The position numbers were made by a program, and so were the translations under genes. Source: Macrostomum lignano (lineage: Eukaryota). Taken from it: 64,000 nt of DNA. Below the pieces are notes generated by a model, which had not been told where the DNA came from, did not search any database, and worked only from the letters and a program-made list of their open reading frames with translations. Location: assembly GCA_002269645.1 (NCBI GenBank), contig NIVC01001157.1, positions 248,001-312,000 of the forward strand, given 5' to 3'. Shown here in pieces: positions 22,401 to 33,135 of the stretch; position 1 is the stretch's first letter, and every line of letters begins with the position of its first letter.

Positions 22401-22946
22401 ATGTCTTCTATCTCTGTATACGAAAACTTTGTGGCGCGGAAGCCCACATTTGAAACCGAGCACAACTTGATTGAAGTTCGGCTGCTCTACACCAACGAGG
22501 CTGGAGTGTGGAAGGACGGCTTCCCTGCAATCTACTTGAGCGAGCAAGAGTGGAAGAAGCTCGAAGCTGCGCGCCCTGACCTGGAGGCTGCTGCCCGCCT
22601 TCACGTGTACAAGCGGGTCGTGTTGGGCAATTTCAAGGCTGTCGAGGCTTCGCAAGGAAGGATTCGTTTGCTGCGCGATTGGCTCAACGTGGACCCAAAG
22701 TTTAATTGGCGCTACACGATCGAATTCACGCCTGAACTGTGGCGCAGGATGTTTGCCTCCCGTTTGGACAAGCTCTTCAAGCCGGCACCTGAGGCCCCAC
22801 CGCCTGCCAAGCGAGCCAAGACAGAGACCCCTCCGGTAGCCAGGACTGAGGAGGAAAATCTGCAGGACGTTCTTCAGGTTGTGGGTCTCAAACCCTACCA
22901 ATCCCCGCCCTGGGAAAATATGTATGACGAGGGTCGGCACTGGTAG
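22401..22946 (+). CDS. PC4-like ssDNA-binding protein, copy 2 (outer Polinton)
   Basis: 181-aa intact ORF, highly similar to 18433-18966. Followed by the same intergenic region and the start of the next ORF, truncated near 23100. Confidence 0.7.
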   Translation: MSSISVYENFVARKPTFETEHNLIEVRLLYTNEAGVWKDGFPAIYLSEQEWKKLEAARPDLEAAARLHVYKRVVLGNFKAVEASQGRIRLLRDWLNVDPKFNWRYTIEFTPELWRRMFASRLDKLFKPAPEAPPPAKRAKTETPPVARTEEENLQDVLQVVGLKPYQSPPWENMYDEGRHW

Positions 22947-23285
22947 TTTCCTATTGGCTCACACCACCTCACTGGGATCTACTATATAATTAGTGTTTCC
23001 TCTCTCTCCAGAGAGCCAAACCCCATCCTAGCTCTAATACTTTACTCTCTGTTGATTCCAACATGTCCCGCCGAGCTCTATTTAACCTCTGGGATAATAA
23101 TGTGAAAGTATGAAAGTGTGACAGTACTTTCATTTAAAAATGGCCCCACTGGTGTCCATTATAAGCGTTCTCATTGGTTGATAAGATTATACAAAAGAGA
23201 GACTGGAAATGACTTGTTACTAAAAATAACTCAACACTGCTAATGCGATCGTATTTCAAATTGGCTAAGTCATAACCCGTAACCG

Positions 23286-23940
23286 TCACTGTCTCCACGT
23301 CGCTGCATCCGCCTGGTAGCGCACCTCGTCCCGAATGAGCTTCATATTTTCCAGAACGAAGCTAACTGGTACGGTGCAGCGCTGTAGGGCCGGAAATTCT
23401 GTCAATAAGTCGTACACTCTCAACTTCTTGTCCAAAGTCTGCCTCGATACTTGTAGATTAAGCCGTCGAATTATATTCCGAACCGACTTTAGTGTAAGTT
23501 TAGGTCGGTGAATGATGAAGCCGATGTAAAATGACACAATTAATGTGCGCTTATCGTAAAAAGTCTCAAGCTGAAATAATTCCGCCAGCATGTTCTGTAG
23601 TGGGTAAAACAGTGGGTAGATGACTAAAGTTCAACGCGCGCATACTTTCCTCGATCACTGATAGCTCCCTTGTTGGCGCTTGAACTTCGACTCCATACGA
23701 AGCACGAAGGCACTGGAAAACAGCAGCTACTCGTGCTTCGTAGGCGGAAATATCGCGTTGGGTTTGTCCTTTCATGCTAGCCAAATCGTATTGTATTTCC
23801 TCCTCTTTGAATTTTTCAAACAATTGATGGAGTCCATCTCTCCGCTCTAAAGGTATTAAATTAATCAAATCGTTCACAAATGCGTTAAGTCGAGCGGTTC
23901 TAACTGTAATTCTTTCAGCCATTGCGTTTTCTAATAGCAA
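23286..23940 (-). pseudogene. All-helical ORF family member (frameshifted)
   Basis: Two overlapping ORFs. The C-terminus LLTEFPALQRCTVPVSFVLENMKLIR...QADAATW matches 50458-51027 LVTELPRLRFCSVSATLLHDNSKTIR...QSDAADW. Confidence 0.65.
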
Positions 23941-24143
23941 TTAAGTGAAAAAGGCTGGCCGGCTTCCGCCTTTACTTAAAAAAACGTTTTCCGCTCGCGT
24001 TTGAGCTCTTAGCCAATAAGCTCACCCGCAAGAGCCAATGCGGGTTTGAGGTGGTAGTGGTTGCTGAGTCTTGGTTATGCGCAGTTCAGTTAAGACGTGG
24101 CTAAAAATTTGCTAAATCATGCTAGCTAAAATCGATTATGGTA

Positions 24144-24570
24144 TCATTCTGCTCTATCAACCCCCAGCTCTTTCAGCAGTCTTCCTAGATCTTTACTTGG
24201 CGCATGCAATACAAAACCCGCCCCTTTACCCAAACAGCCGCCAAGCCCCAACCCCAACTTTGTCTTTCCAAAAATAACAGCTTTAACTAGCTTCCGAGCG
24301 ATCGATTCCTTACACCCGCTGGAAGTCCTCATATTGTCTAATCTCCTAAGCATTTCTTTGTCCCAGCAATTCTACTCTGGAAAATCCCTATACTAAACGT
24401 CGTGCCACATGCAGACAGAGCTCGTTCAACGGCTCAGGCCCAGGATTTGGATTATTGTTTTTATATAACTGAATTTCAAGCGGATTCAAAGGCCCGCAAT
24501 ATTTGTAGCCAGGAATTGTCCAGCCTTTGTTTTCGATGAGGAAGCAGTTTAATTAATCCGTGAGCATCAG
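24144..24570 (-). pseudogene. PLA2-domain (VP1u-like) Polinton protein
   Basis: GWTIPGYKYCGPLNPL (Ca-loop), PEPLNE..., WHDV, then MLRRLDNM...IARKLVKAVIFGKTKLGLG. Confidence 0.8.
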
Positions 24571-24599
24571 CCATTTTTTTGAAAAAATAAATTCTAAAA

Positions 24600-25110
24600 A
24601 TGGCAGAAGAAAAACTTAAATCTGTCTACTACAGTGACAAAGGATTGTTTTGTAGGAAAAAATGCCGTTAGTAAACTCATGGAGCTGAGTAAGGAACCAA
24701 AAGCTACAGTAGAAAAGTGGCTCTCCAAGCAAGCAGTCTACCAAGTCTATTTCCCACCTGTTCAATTTACAAGACCTCACTTTGAGATCTATACGAGCGT
24801 AAACCTAATGAGGCGCACCAAGCAGATATTCTGTTTCTCACCAATGACTCAGGCTACAAGTATGCTCTCACAGTTATAGACATTGCCTCCAGATATAAGG
24901 AAGCGAGACCACTTAAGACAAAGAAGTCAGAAGCAGTTGCAGCTGCGCCATCCAAGAAATTTACAAAAACTCTCAGCTTACATACCCCCAAACCTTTATG
25001 ACTGATCCTGGCAAAGAATTCATGGGTGCAGTCAAATCCCTTATGGAAAAGAACAATACGAAAATGCGCTACGGAAGAACTGAGCTCCACAGAGACCAGG
25101 CTGAGGCGGC
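24600..25110 (+). pseudogene. Polinton rve integrase, truncated
   Basis: KWLSKQAVYQVY, HQADIL, YKYALTVIDIASRYKEARPLKTKKS, TDPGKEFMG. Frameshifted. Confidence 0.88.
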
Positions 25111-25202
25111 GTTTGACTTAAGTTATTTGATACTCTATATTATTCTACATTATCACAACTTGTTTATTATATTTTTGTTCTTATTTTATTCCACTGCAAG
25201 TA

Positions 25203-26510
25203 CGAGAATAAGTCACTCAGAAAGTTCTTAGCTTGAACACGAAAACAGCAACAAATGAACTAAAAAACGACTACAAGTGCTCAAAATACTCTCCACCGGC
25301 ATTGATACAGGCTTGCATCCTGTGAAACCAGCTGTCGAAGCACTGCCGCCAATCCTCATCCCGGAGCTCCTCGATGATGTTTTTAAACTCATTCACAGCT
25401 TCTTCCGGTGAAGAAAAGACCTGGCCCTTCAGAATCTCCTTGCACTTCGGAAACAGAAAAAAGTCGCACGGTGCCAGGTCTGGACTGTAAGCAGGGTGAG
25501 TCATCAGCTGGACCCCACAGTCAGCCAGAAACTCCAGAGTTTGAGCCGCCGTGTGCGCGCTGGCGTTGTCGTGGTGCAGAAGCACCCCACGCATTCCGCA
25601 CCTTGGGCGCCTCTGGCTCACAGCAGAAAAGACCTTGGGCAGGCAAACCGTTGTGTACCAGTCAGCGGTGACTGTCTGGCGATCTTCAAGTGAAACGGAA
25701 GCCACATGCCCAGTGCGCATGAAGAAACAGGCCACCATCTGCTTGCCGACACTCCGGCTGCGTCGAAACTTTGTGGGGCTGTCCTCGTCTCCAAAGGTCC
25801 ACATGGCTGACTGGCGCTTGCTTTCGGGGTCGTATTGATAAATCCAGGTCTCATCGCCCGTGAGGATGTCCCAGATACGCCGGCTGGTCCCGGATTCGAA
25901 TTTCTGCAGCATGAATCGGCACCAAGCCACCCTGGTGTCCTTCTGCACGTCCGACAGCTGATGGGGGATCCACTGGGAAGCCAGCTTCCGCACTCCAAGG
26001 TGTTCGTGCATAATGGCGTGCACACTCCCCGATCCAATACCGATCTCCTGCTGGATCTGCTGGTAGGTCACTCGCCGGTCAGCGGCAATCATGCTGGACA
26101 CAGCGCAGATATTTTGTGGAGTCACTGCGTCACAGGGTCTCCCGGATCGATGTTCATCTTCGAGGCTTTCTCGACCTCGGCGAAACTCAGCAAACCAGTT
26201 TTTGACGGTTGCGTATGAAGGACATACATGGGTGAAAACGTTCTGTAAAGTTTGATACGATTCGGCCGGCGACTTGCCTTGCTTGAAGTGCAGGTACAAC
26301 ATTGCTCTGAAGTCGCGATTTTCCAGCTTCATTGTTGAATTGAAGAACTCAGGGGTGAACTGACTTTAACTCGCTGCAGTGGACTCAAAAGTGGCTGCTT
26401 CTGTTTGAAATTTTTGCTGTGATACTTTTAAAAGTTGGTCTTTACCATAGACAAATTTCATGCTTCTACGTCTCGTGGATCCTACTCAGGCTAAAGACTT
26501 TCTGAGATCG
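25203..26510 (-). mobile_element. Mariner element (~1.3 kb) with TA flanks
   Basis: TA at 25201-2 and 26511-2. One end reads CGAGAATAAGTCACTCAGAAAGTTCTTAGCTTGA; the other is an imperfect inverted copy TCAGGCTAAAGACTTTCTGAGATCG lacking about 9 bp. Confidence 0.8.
25271..26332 (-). CDS. Mariner transposase (D,D34D), intact ORF
   Basis: HTH N-terminus, WIPHQL, LTGDETW, HHDNA, YSPDLAPCD; 34 residues lie between the second and third Asp. Confidence 0.97.
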   Translation of the reverse strand: MKLENRDFRAMLYLHFKQGKSPAESYQTLQNVFTHVCPSYATVKNWFAEFRRGRESLEDEHRSGRPCDAVTPQNICAVSSMIAADRRVTYQQIQQEIGIGSGSVHAIMHEHLGVRKLASQWIPHQLSDVQKDTRVAWCRFMLQKFESGTSRRIWDILTGDETWIYQYDPESKRQSAMWTFGDEDSPTKFRRSRSVGKQMVACFFMRTGHVASVSLEDRQTVTADWYTTVCLPKVFSAVSQRRPRCGMRGVLLHHDNASAHTAAQTLEFLADCGVQLMTHPAYSPDLAPCDFFLFPKCKEILKGQVFSSPEEAVNEFKNIIEELRDEDWRQCFDSWFHRMQACINAGGEYFEHL

Positions 26511-26720
26511 TACATACTCATTTTCTCTAGAACACTCTGTCTACCTGTGTGCGCCTAGCCCACCACCCCAAATATTGTCATCTTCCACCACTGTCTCCTG
26601 ATCGCTATATGTAATATCTCGTTGTTGATTTTCGCTCATTGAAATAAAGAATTTATCTCGCCTCGCTCTAAAACTAACACTGAACAGAATGAACTTTTCT
26701 TAGTCATTTGCGACACAATA

Positions 26721-29460
26721 ATGGCGTCGCAAGCAGGCAGACAACAGAGCCAAGAGCTCGATTTGGAAAATGCAGAAATGGCCGAGGCGTGGATGCAACA
26801 GCTATCGGCAACAGCACGCATCAAGAAGCTCTCCGACTCTGACCAAGCTCGAGACAAAACGGACTTGTTTCTATCAATGGCGGGACTCCAAGCAATCCGC
26901 ATCCTGTCCCTCATGGCAGCACCCAAACAGTTGGATGAAATGACGTTTGACGACATCAAGAAACTCGTCGACAGCACAATTCGCCCTAAAAAGCGCCTCG
27001 TCATCGCTGAGCGCACGAAATTTCTCAATTTGAGGCAGGAGGCAGGGGAGAGCGTCATGCCGTACTTCCGAAGGCTGAGAGCTGCTGCATCGCTATGTGA
27101 ATTTGAGACACTGGACTAAATAAAACGACATGATCGTCATGTGACTCATCGATGGTCTGGTTTCGCCTGAACACAAGAAGCAGATTCTCGAGCGGCTGCA
27201 AGAAGGCGACATGTTGCTAGACAGCATTCTGCAGAGCCTACAGCACCTAGAGCAGATCAGGGACTACAACGCTCCCGCGACTGCGGACATCGCATTCACC
27301 GGCCAGCAGAAGAGCGCGTCACCTTCAAGGACATCGGCAATCTTTAAATGCAGATTCTATGGCACCAGCCACCCTAGAGGCAGCTGTCCGGCATACGGCA
27401 AAAAGTGCACCAATTGCCAGAAGAAGAATCACTTCGCGGCTGTCTGTAGATACCGAGCTGTCCACTTGGAGACAACAGGGTCTGCTGAGGAAGCGGAAGT
27501 GTATGCTGTAGGCCCCAGCGCAGCAAGGACTGGCCTTTTCAGGACCATTAAGATCAACGGCTGTTGCGTGCCAATGCAGGTCGACACCGGCGCGGAGGTC
27601 AGCCTCATTCCGCAGAACCTCTAGCGACAGCTCGGCCGCCCAGCCCTGCGCAAGTGCAAGAGAATTCTGCGGCAGTTTGATGGCTCCAGCATTGCTTGCC
27701 TGGGCGAATTCACTGCGTCGCTCGAGACCGACTCAAGGTTCGTGGCAGTCGATTTGTTCGTCACCGTTGCGGAAAAGAAGCACGGGTTGCTCGGCATGAA
27801 CAACATCAAGCTGCCGAAAGACGCCGTCACCATCAACGAGATACAGCAGCTCGGCTGTCTCAAAGGCTTCCAGGCCAAAATCAGACTCGTTGAGGGAGCC
27901 ATGCCGTTCTACTGCGCTGCACGATCAGTGCCGCTACATCTCAGGGACCTGGTGGTGCGTGAGCTGCAGCGAATGAAGTCTGAAGGCATCATTGAGCCAG
28001 TCCCTGCCGGAGGCAGCCAGTGGGCGTCCCCTATTATCAACGTCCTGAAGCCCAATGGAAAAGTGCGAGTATGCGCCGACTTCAAGGCTGAGTGAATCAT
28101 CAGATCTGCAACGACACCTACCCAAAGCCGGAAATGGAGACCATATTCTCCGAAGTCGCTGGCATGACGCTTTTTGCCAAGCTCGACCTCTCGGACACCT
28201 ACCTGCAGATCGAGCTAGACGAGGACAGCGAGAAGTGACCACTATTTCAACGCCACTCGGCCTTTTCAGGTACAAGAGACTGGTGCCTGGTCTGAAGTCA
28301 GCGTCATCGATTTTCCAGAAGGCCATGCAGACAATCCTGGAAGACATCAGCAGCAAAATTGTCTACCAGGATGACATTCTTCTGGGTGCGAAGTCCGACT
28401 CCGAGCTCAATCAAAAAGTGCAACGCGTACTGCAAGCTCTGCAGTCAGCTGGAATGACAATCAACCTGGACAAATCGAATCTAAGAGAAACAGAAATTTC
28501 CTTCCTAGGCTACAGAATCAGCGCCTCAGGAATAACTCCGGACCCGGAGCTGGTGGAAAAAAATCGCTCTGTGAAGCCTCCTAAGGACAAGAAGCAACTG
28601 GAGTCTTTCCTGGGACTTGCCAACTTCTTTGGTCGGTTCATCAAGCTACTCAGATGTCGTCGAGCCGCTAAATCAACTGCCAAGCCGAGCAGCAGAGTTC
28701 AACTGGGGTCCTGCTCAGCAAGCTGCTTTCTCACTGATCAAGGACATTCTCAGCCGAGGACCGGTCATTAAGCCTTACAACAAGCGCGAGGAGACCACGC
28801 TCACTACTGACGCCAGCGAGAAGGCCATTGCAGCGGTCCTGTCTCAGGCCGGACACCCGGTCATGTACTTCAGTCGGCGGTTGAGCAGCGCTGAGACTCG
28901 CTACTCCAACATTGAGAGAGGCGCTCGCAATCGTCTGGGCCATGGAGCAAGCCAAGCAATTCCTGCTGGGATCGCGCTTCACGCTGAGAACCGACCACCG
29001 CCCGCTGGAGTTCATTTTTGGCACGAGGCGCCAGCTGCCCAAGGTTGCGAACGCCAGGCTGCTTCTGTGGGCCATAAAGCTGATGGCATTTGACTATGAC
29101 ATCATCTACACCAAGGGCGAGTCGATTCCGCAAGTCGACGCCCTAACACGGCTGGACTTCGACGACGACAGCTCGGAGAATCAGGGCGAGCAGCTCGAGA
29201 GCGTCATCCACTGGACGGCAGAAGCCGTAATACCATGGCAGGAGCTCAAGGAAGAAACCCTGCGGGAGAGGCTGCTGACGGACGTTATGAAGCGAGTCGC
29301 CACTAACAGAGTTCCAACTGCTCGCCAGCCGAGAAGCCCTTCAAAGCGGCCCGATGCGCCCTGACTGTGGAGGACGGAGTTCTCTGCTACGGCGACCGCG
29401 TGGTGATTCCGGCCGTCCTCCGGCAAAAAACACTCTGGCTAGTGCACAACGATACTCAAC
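26721..29460 (+). mobile_element. Ty3/Gypsy (Mag-like) gag-pol relic
   Basis: Gag, CPAYGKKCTNCQKKNHFAAVC knuckle, protease VDTGAEVS, RT WASPII...VRVCADFK and YQDDI, RNase H TDASEKAIAAVLSQ and TDHRPL. Multiple stops and frameshifts; truncated at the start of the integrase. Confidence 0.93.
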
Positions 29461-30362
29461 AAGGATCCTTTTGAGTATCGCCCCTGCGCCCCCCTTCTTT
29501 TCTGATTCTGTCGGGGATAATATGGATGGATTTAATGGGATTATGTTCGAAGTTTTTAGAGCAAGTGCGGCCCCCCTTTTTTTATTCTGTTGGGGATAAC
29601 ATGTGTGGATTTAATGGGATAATGGAGGACGTGAAAAATTTTGTCCCAAAAGCCCCCTCATGCATTTTACTCTTCCTAATTTTCTGTTAATGAGCCTCAT
29701 TATGACGGCTCGATTGCGCCATATTGTGCAACTTTTCAGCGCCAAGGAAGGCTGCTTTGAGTGCATGGAGGCAGCAGAACAGTTCCTATTTCAGATACTA
29801 GCAGCCGACAAGTGCCTAAGATGTGACTGCGGCCCTATGCTTGCAGCACAAGGCAGCGGCCACATCACTCTCCTCCAGCTAAAATCGTAAATTGTCAACT
29901 TTATTAAAAAAGATGTTACATGCAAAAAAAGTAATTATATAATTTGGCAGAAAAGGAGAATTATTGAATTGGCGTTATGGTAACTGGCAAGCATGCAGAA
30001 ACTAATATTACACGTAAGTTAGTAAGAGGAAGAGATGGTTCCAGACAATTGAGCATGATTCCTACAATGCCTGAAAATTACTAAATTGAGACCTGAATAG
30101 TGTCGCAGAATAGTTATTAAACTTATGAAAATAAGGAAATGCTCGAAAATAAAATAATAAGTTCTCAAGCTAAATTTAGCAAATGCGGAGTTGAGGCCTA
30201 ATTGGCCTGTCATACCAATTCTAACGAAATGCAAAATTTTGGTTACTAAGATCCTAGAGTTAAATTGAGAATTACATGTTGAGATAATAGAATGACAAGC
30301 AGATGCCGATTTTGAGTTCCTGAACTAATAAAAACTAAGAGTTATCCGCGCGACAGTTCCGA

Positions 30363-30920
30363 TTAATTCTTCCCATTCTTCCTCAGCAGGAGAGCCCGAA
30401 GCGGGGGCGTCAGGCCGAGGCATCCCAGCTCATCGGCGAACCTTCGGCCGACTAGTTCGACCGCACTCGGGTCAAAGTCCCGATCTCTGAGTCTCTTGAC
30501 AGCCAGACTGGCAGCCCACTCAAAAAGGCTGACGCGGTACTGCTGATCTTCCGTCCGAAGCTGCTCCGCGGTATCGGGCGGCAAGCTCTCAAAGAGGTGG
30601 CCGCGGGTGCCAGCCAAAAGAAGCACTTCGGCGGTCCCAATCGCCTGCTTCTCCTTTACCCAGGCGGCCAAGTCAGCAGTCGACGTGGCGCGGCTGGTCG
30701 GCGACGGCGACGGAGGTTGCGCCCCAACCTCGGGAGGTGGCCCTGGTGGCCTAATGTTCTTCTCTCTTGTTTCTCCTGGCTCGGACGCAGAAGGAACGAG
30801 AGAGCAGAAGGGGAGAGGGTCTAGCGAACGCACAAGGGGAGGAGTGTAGCTTACTAGACTTGCGTACACTGAGCGATCGTACGCGGCAGGCCAGACATCA
30901 ACAGTACAGGCAAGCGCCAA
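30363..30920 (-). CDS. Unknown protein, paralogue of 44951-45379
   Basis: Shared NxRPPGPxPE...SRAxSxxDLAAWxxExQAI...YRVSLFE segments. Confidence 0.55.
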   Translation of the reverse strand: MALACTVDVWPAAYDRSVYASLVSYTPPLVRSLDPLPFCSLVPSASEPGETREKNIRPPGPPPEVGAQPPSPSPTSRATSTADLAAWVKEKQAIGTAEVLLLAGTRGHLFESLPPDTAEQLRTEDQQYRVSLFEWAASLAVKRLRDRDFDPSAVELVGRRFADELGCLGLTPPLRALLLRKNGKN

Positions 30921-31099
30921 ATTTGGCAGCTTTCACTAACTAACCCTAGGCTAGGATAACTTCCTATTTCCTATGTTAATGAGCCTCAATATGACGAATC
31001 GATTGCGCCATATTGTGCAACTTCTCAGCGCCAAGGAAGGCTGCTTAGAGTGCATGGAGGCAGCAGAACAGTTCCTATTCCTATTCCAGTTCCTATTCC

Positions 31100-31945
31100 T
31101 ATTCCTATAGACCAGGAACGTAAAAGACCTCAAATTCAACGTCAAAACGCAGACAGAGCAACGCAACAGACTGCAGCAACCACATCAGACGCGCCTTGGA
31201 GACACCTCGCCTTAGAATCCAACACGCCGTCTCATTGTCGCAGTACACAGCAAGCCGACGTCCAGCCTAGGATCGGCACCATCTCAAAACAGCCAGCAAG
31301 ATAACCACAGCCTCCTTGTAATTGATGCAGTAATCCTGAAAAACACCATTTGCGTCGATCTGCCAGTCAATGAAGCACCAATCACGAATTCCATCACCGT
31401 CACGGAGCACCGCCGCGGCGCCTGTAGACGATGAGTCAGTCTCTATGGCAACACAAGCCCTCGGCGAAGTCCACAGGCCAACACCGATGCGATGCTGCAA
31501 AGCCAAACGCCACCAGGAGATGTGGTGCACCACGGAGGGGCTAACAAGAACTCTGTCATGAGGCCGATGCAGCTTGTTGACAATGTCGATAAGAGGTCGG
31601 AGGAAAACTCTCCCGTGCCGAACAACTTGCGACGCCCAGTTTAACTTGCCGATCAACTTCTGCAAACACGACTTTAACAGCCTTTTCTTCGAAGAGCAGA
31701 GGAATAAAACACGCAACAAGTCTTGGACTTTGTCGGCAGGAAGAGACATCTGGCCTGCCACGCTATCAAATAAAGTGCCCAGGAAGGTCATCCGCGTTGT
31801 CGGCGCAACACACTTGCTACGATTAACGGTGAAGCCTAGCCGCTCGAGCAGATCGATGAGATGGTTTTAGAACTTCCAGCAGGACTCCAGATCTCCACAA
31901 AAGGCGAAATCATCCATGTAGGCTTCCATAGCGTAGCGTGCCTTC
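31100..31945 (-). pseudogene. DIRS/Ngaro-type RT-RNase H fragment (element B)
   Basis: YMDDF, GFTVNRSK, MTFLG, SLPADK, IGKLNWASQV, ETDSS, INYKEAVVILLA, VYCDN, FYVPG. Confidence 0.9.
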
Positions 31946-31949
31946 TGGG

Positions 31950-32263
31950 GCGGCCCGTCCCAAGAGCGGAGGCGACCTGAAAGCGGAGGGCGGCGCGAGA
32001 GGACACCGAGAGCGCGTGCATGGCAAAATTGTCAGGCAAAAGGCAGATGTGGTCATAAAAATGAAAGCAAAAGTTAAGCAATTCAGCATCAGAACCGAGC
32101 ATACGAGACGCAGCGTCACTAAAAATTTGCATACGACCCGGCAGGTGATAAGCTTTTATACAAATACCATCACGAATGCGCAGCAAAGCCACAGTTTGAT
32201 AGATCCGAAGGAGATCGGGATGACTGCAGGACAGGCGCTTTATCATGCCGACAGCGGCGGTAC
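31950..32263 (-). pseudogene. RNase H C-terminus and probable start of the recombinase ORF of DIRS/Ngaro element A
   Basis: STAAVGMIKR...KAYHLPGRMQIFSDAASR. Continues in frame from VVVYSD on the other side of the hAT. Confidence 0.75.
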
Positions 32264-33135
32264 TATCAGAGCAGTGGCGTACTCAGGATTTAGTTTGGGG
32301 GGGGGGGGCCGCAATCCTTAGGGGCGCCAATGTTGGCTGTCTTGTGGGGGCGCCATTTACCAATGTTGCGTGCTTAAAATTTAAATCATGAATATTGAAC
32401 AATTTGAGCACTTTTGTATTTCGACTTGTACTTATTTATTAGAAAATAACTATTATGCTTAATTTGTTTATTGGACTTTATGTATGATCACGTAGGAACA
32501 ACCGCGAAATTGGCATTCAAGGCATCAATCAGAATCGATTCAAATGCGCGCAAAAGTTAAGTACAATAACTAAACTCACATGCAAATATAGACAATATTT
32601 TGTACTGACAGATTAAAAAAACTCATAGCATGGGAAAGTCGTTTTACGATGTGAGAAATTTTCATTAAATTTGAGCATGAAAAGTTTCAGAGTAATGAGA
32701 AAGGTATGAAACATTCGCCGAATTTTGCACAGACACTTCTATAGAAACTTTTTAAAGAAACATAAATAAATGTCCAAATATAATAGGCAACTCCTGAAAA
32801 CACTGCACATATACTTTTATCGTCCATGCTTGCAGATTTTTTAAAGCAGTTTTCATTGAATAGAATGATCTAGAAGCCTCGCAAAATGACAAAGAACTTG
32901 TTTTACTACACCCAGTCACCCATTATTTCTTGGAAATCAACTAAGTATATAACAAGTATCTGTGGAAGTAATAAATAAGCCTATTTGAACAGCTTGCTAA
33001 AATGTCAATACACAGAATACGCAAAGCAGGAAAATGTCAATACATAAGATCCGGTAAATGGCACCTACTACAATAGTATATGACGGCTCGTACTCGTACG
33101 AGCTAGGATCGCAAATTAAAACAATACCTAACACT

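Noticed and set aside
30940-30956. CTAACTAACCCTAGG as a telomeric seed (also CCCTAACCCT near 17105)
   Set aside because: Single units only, not an array.
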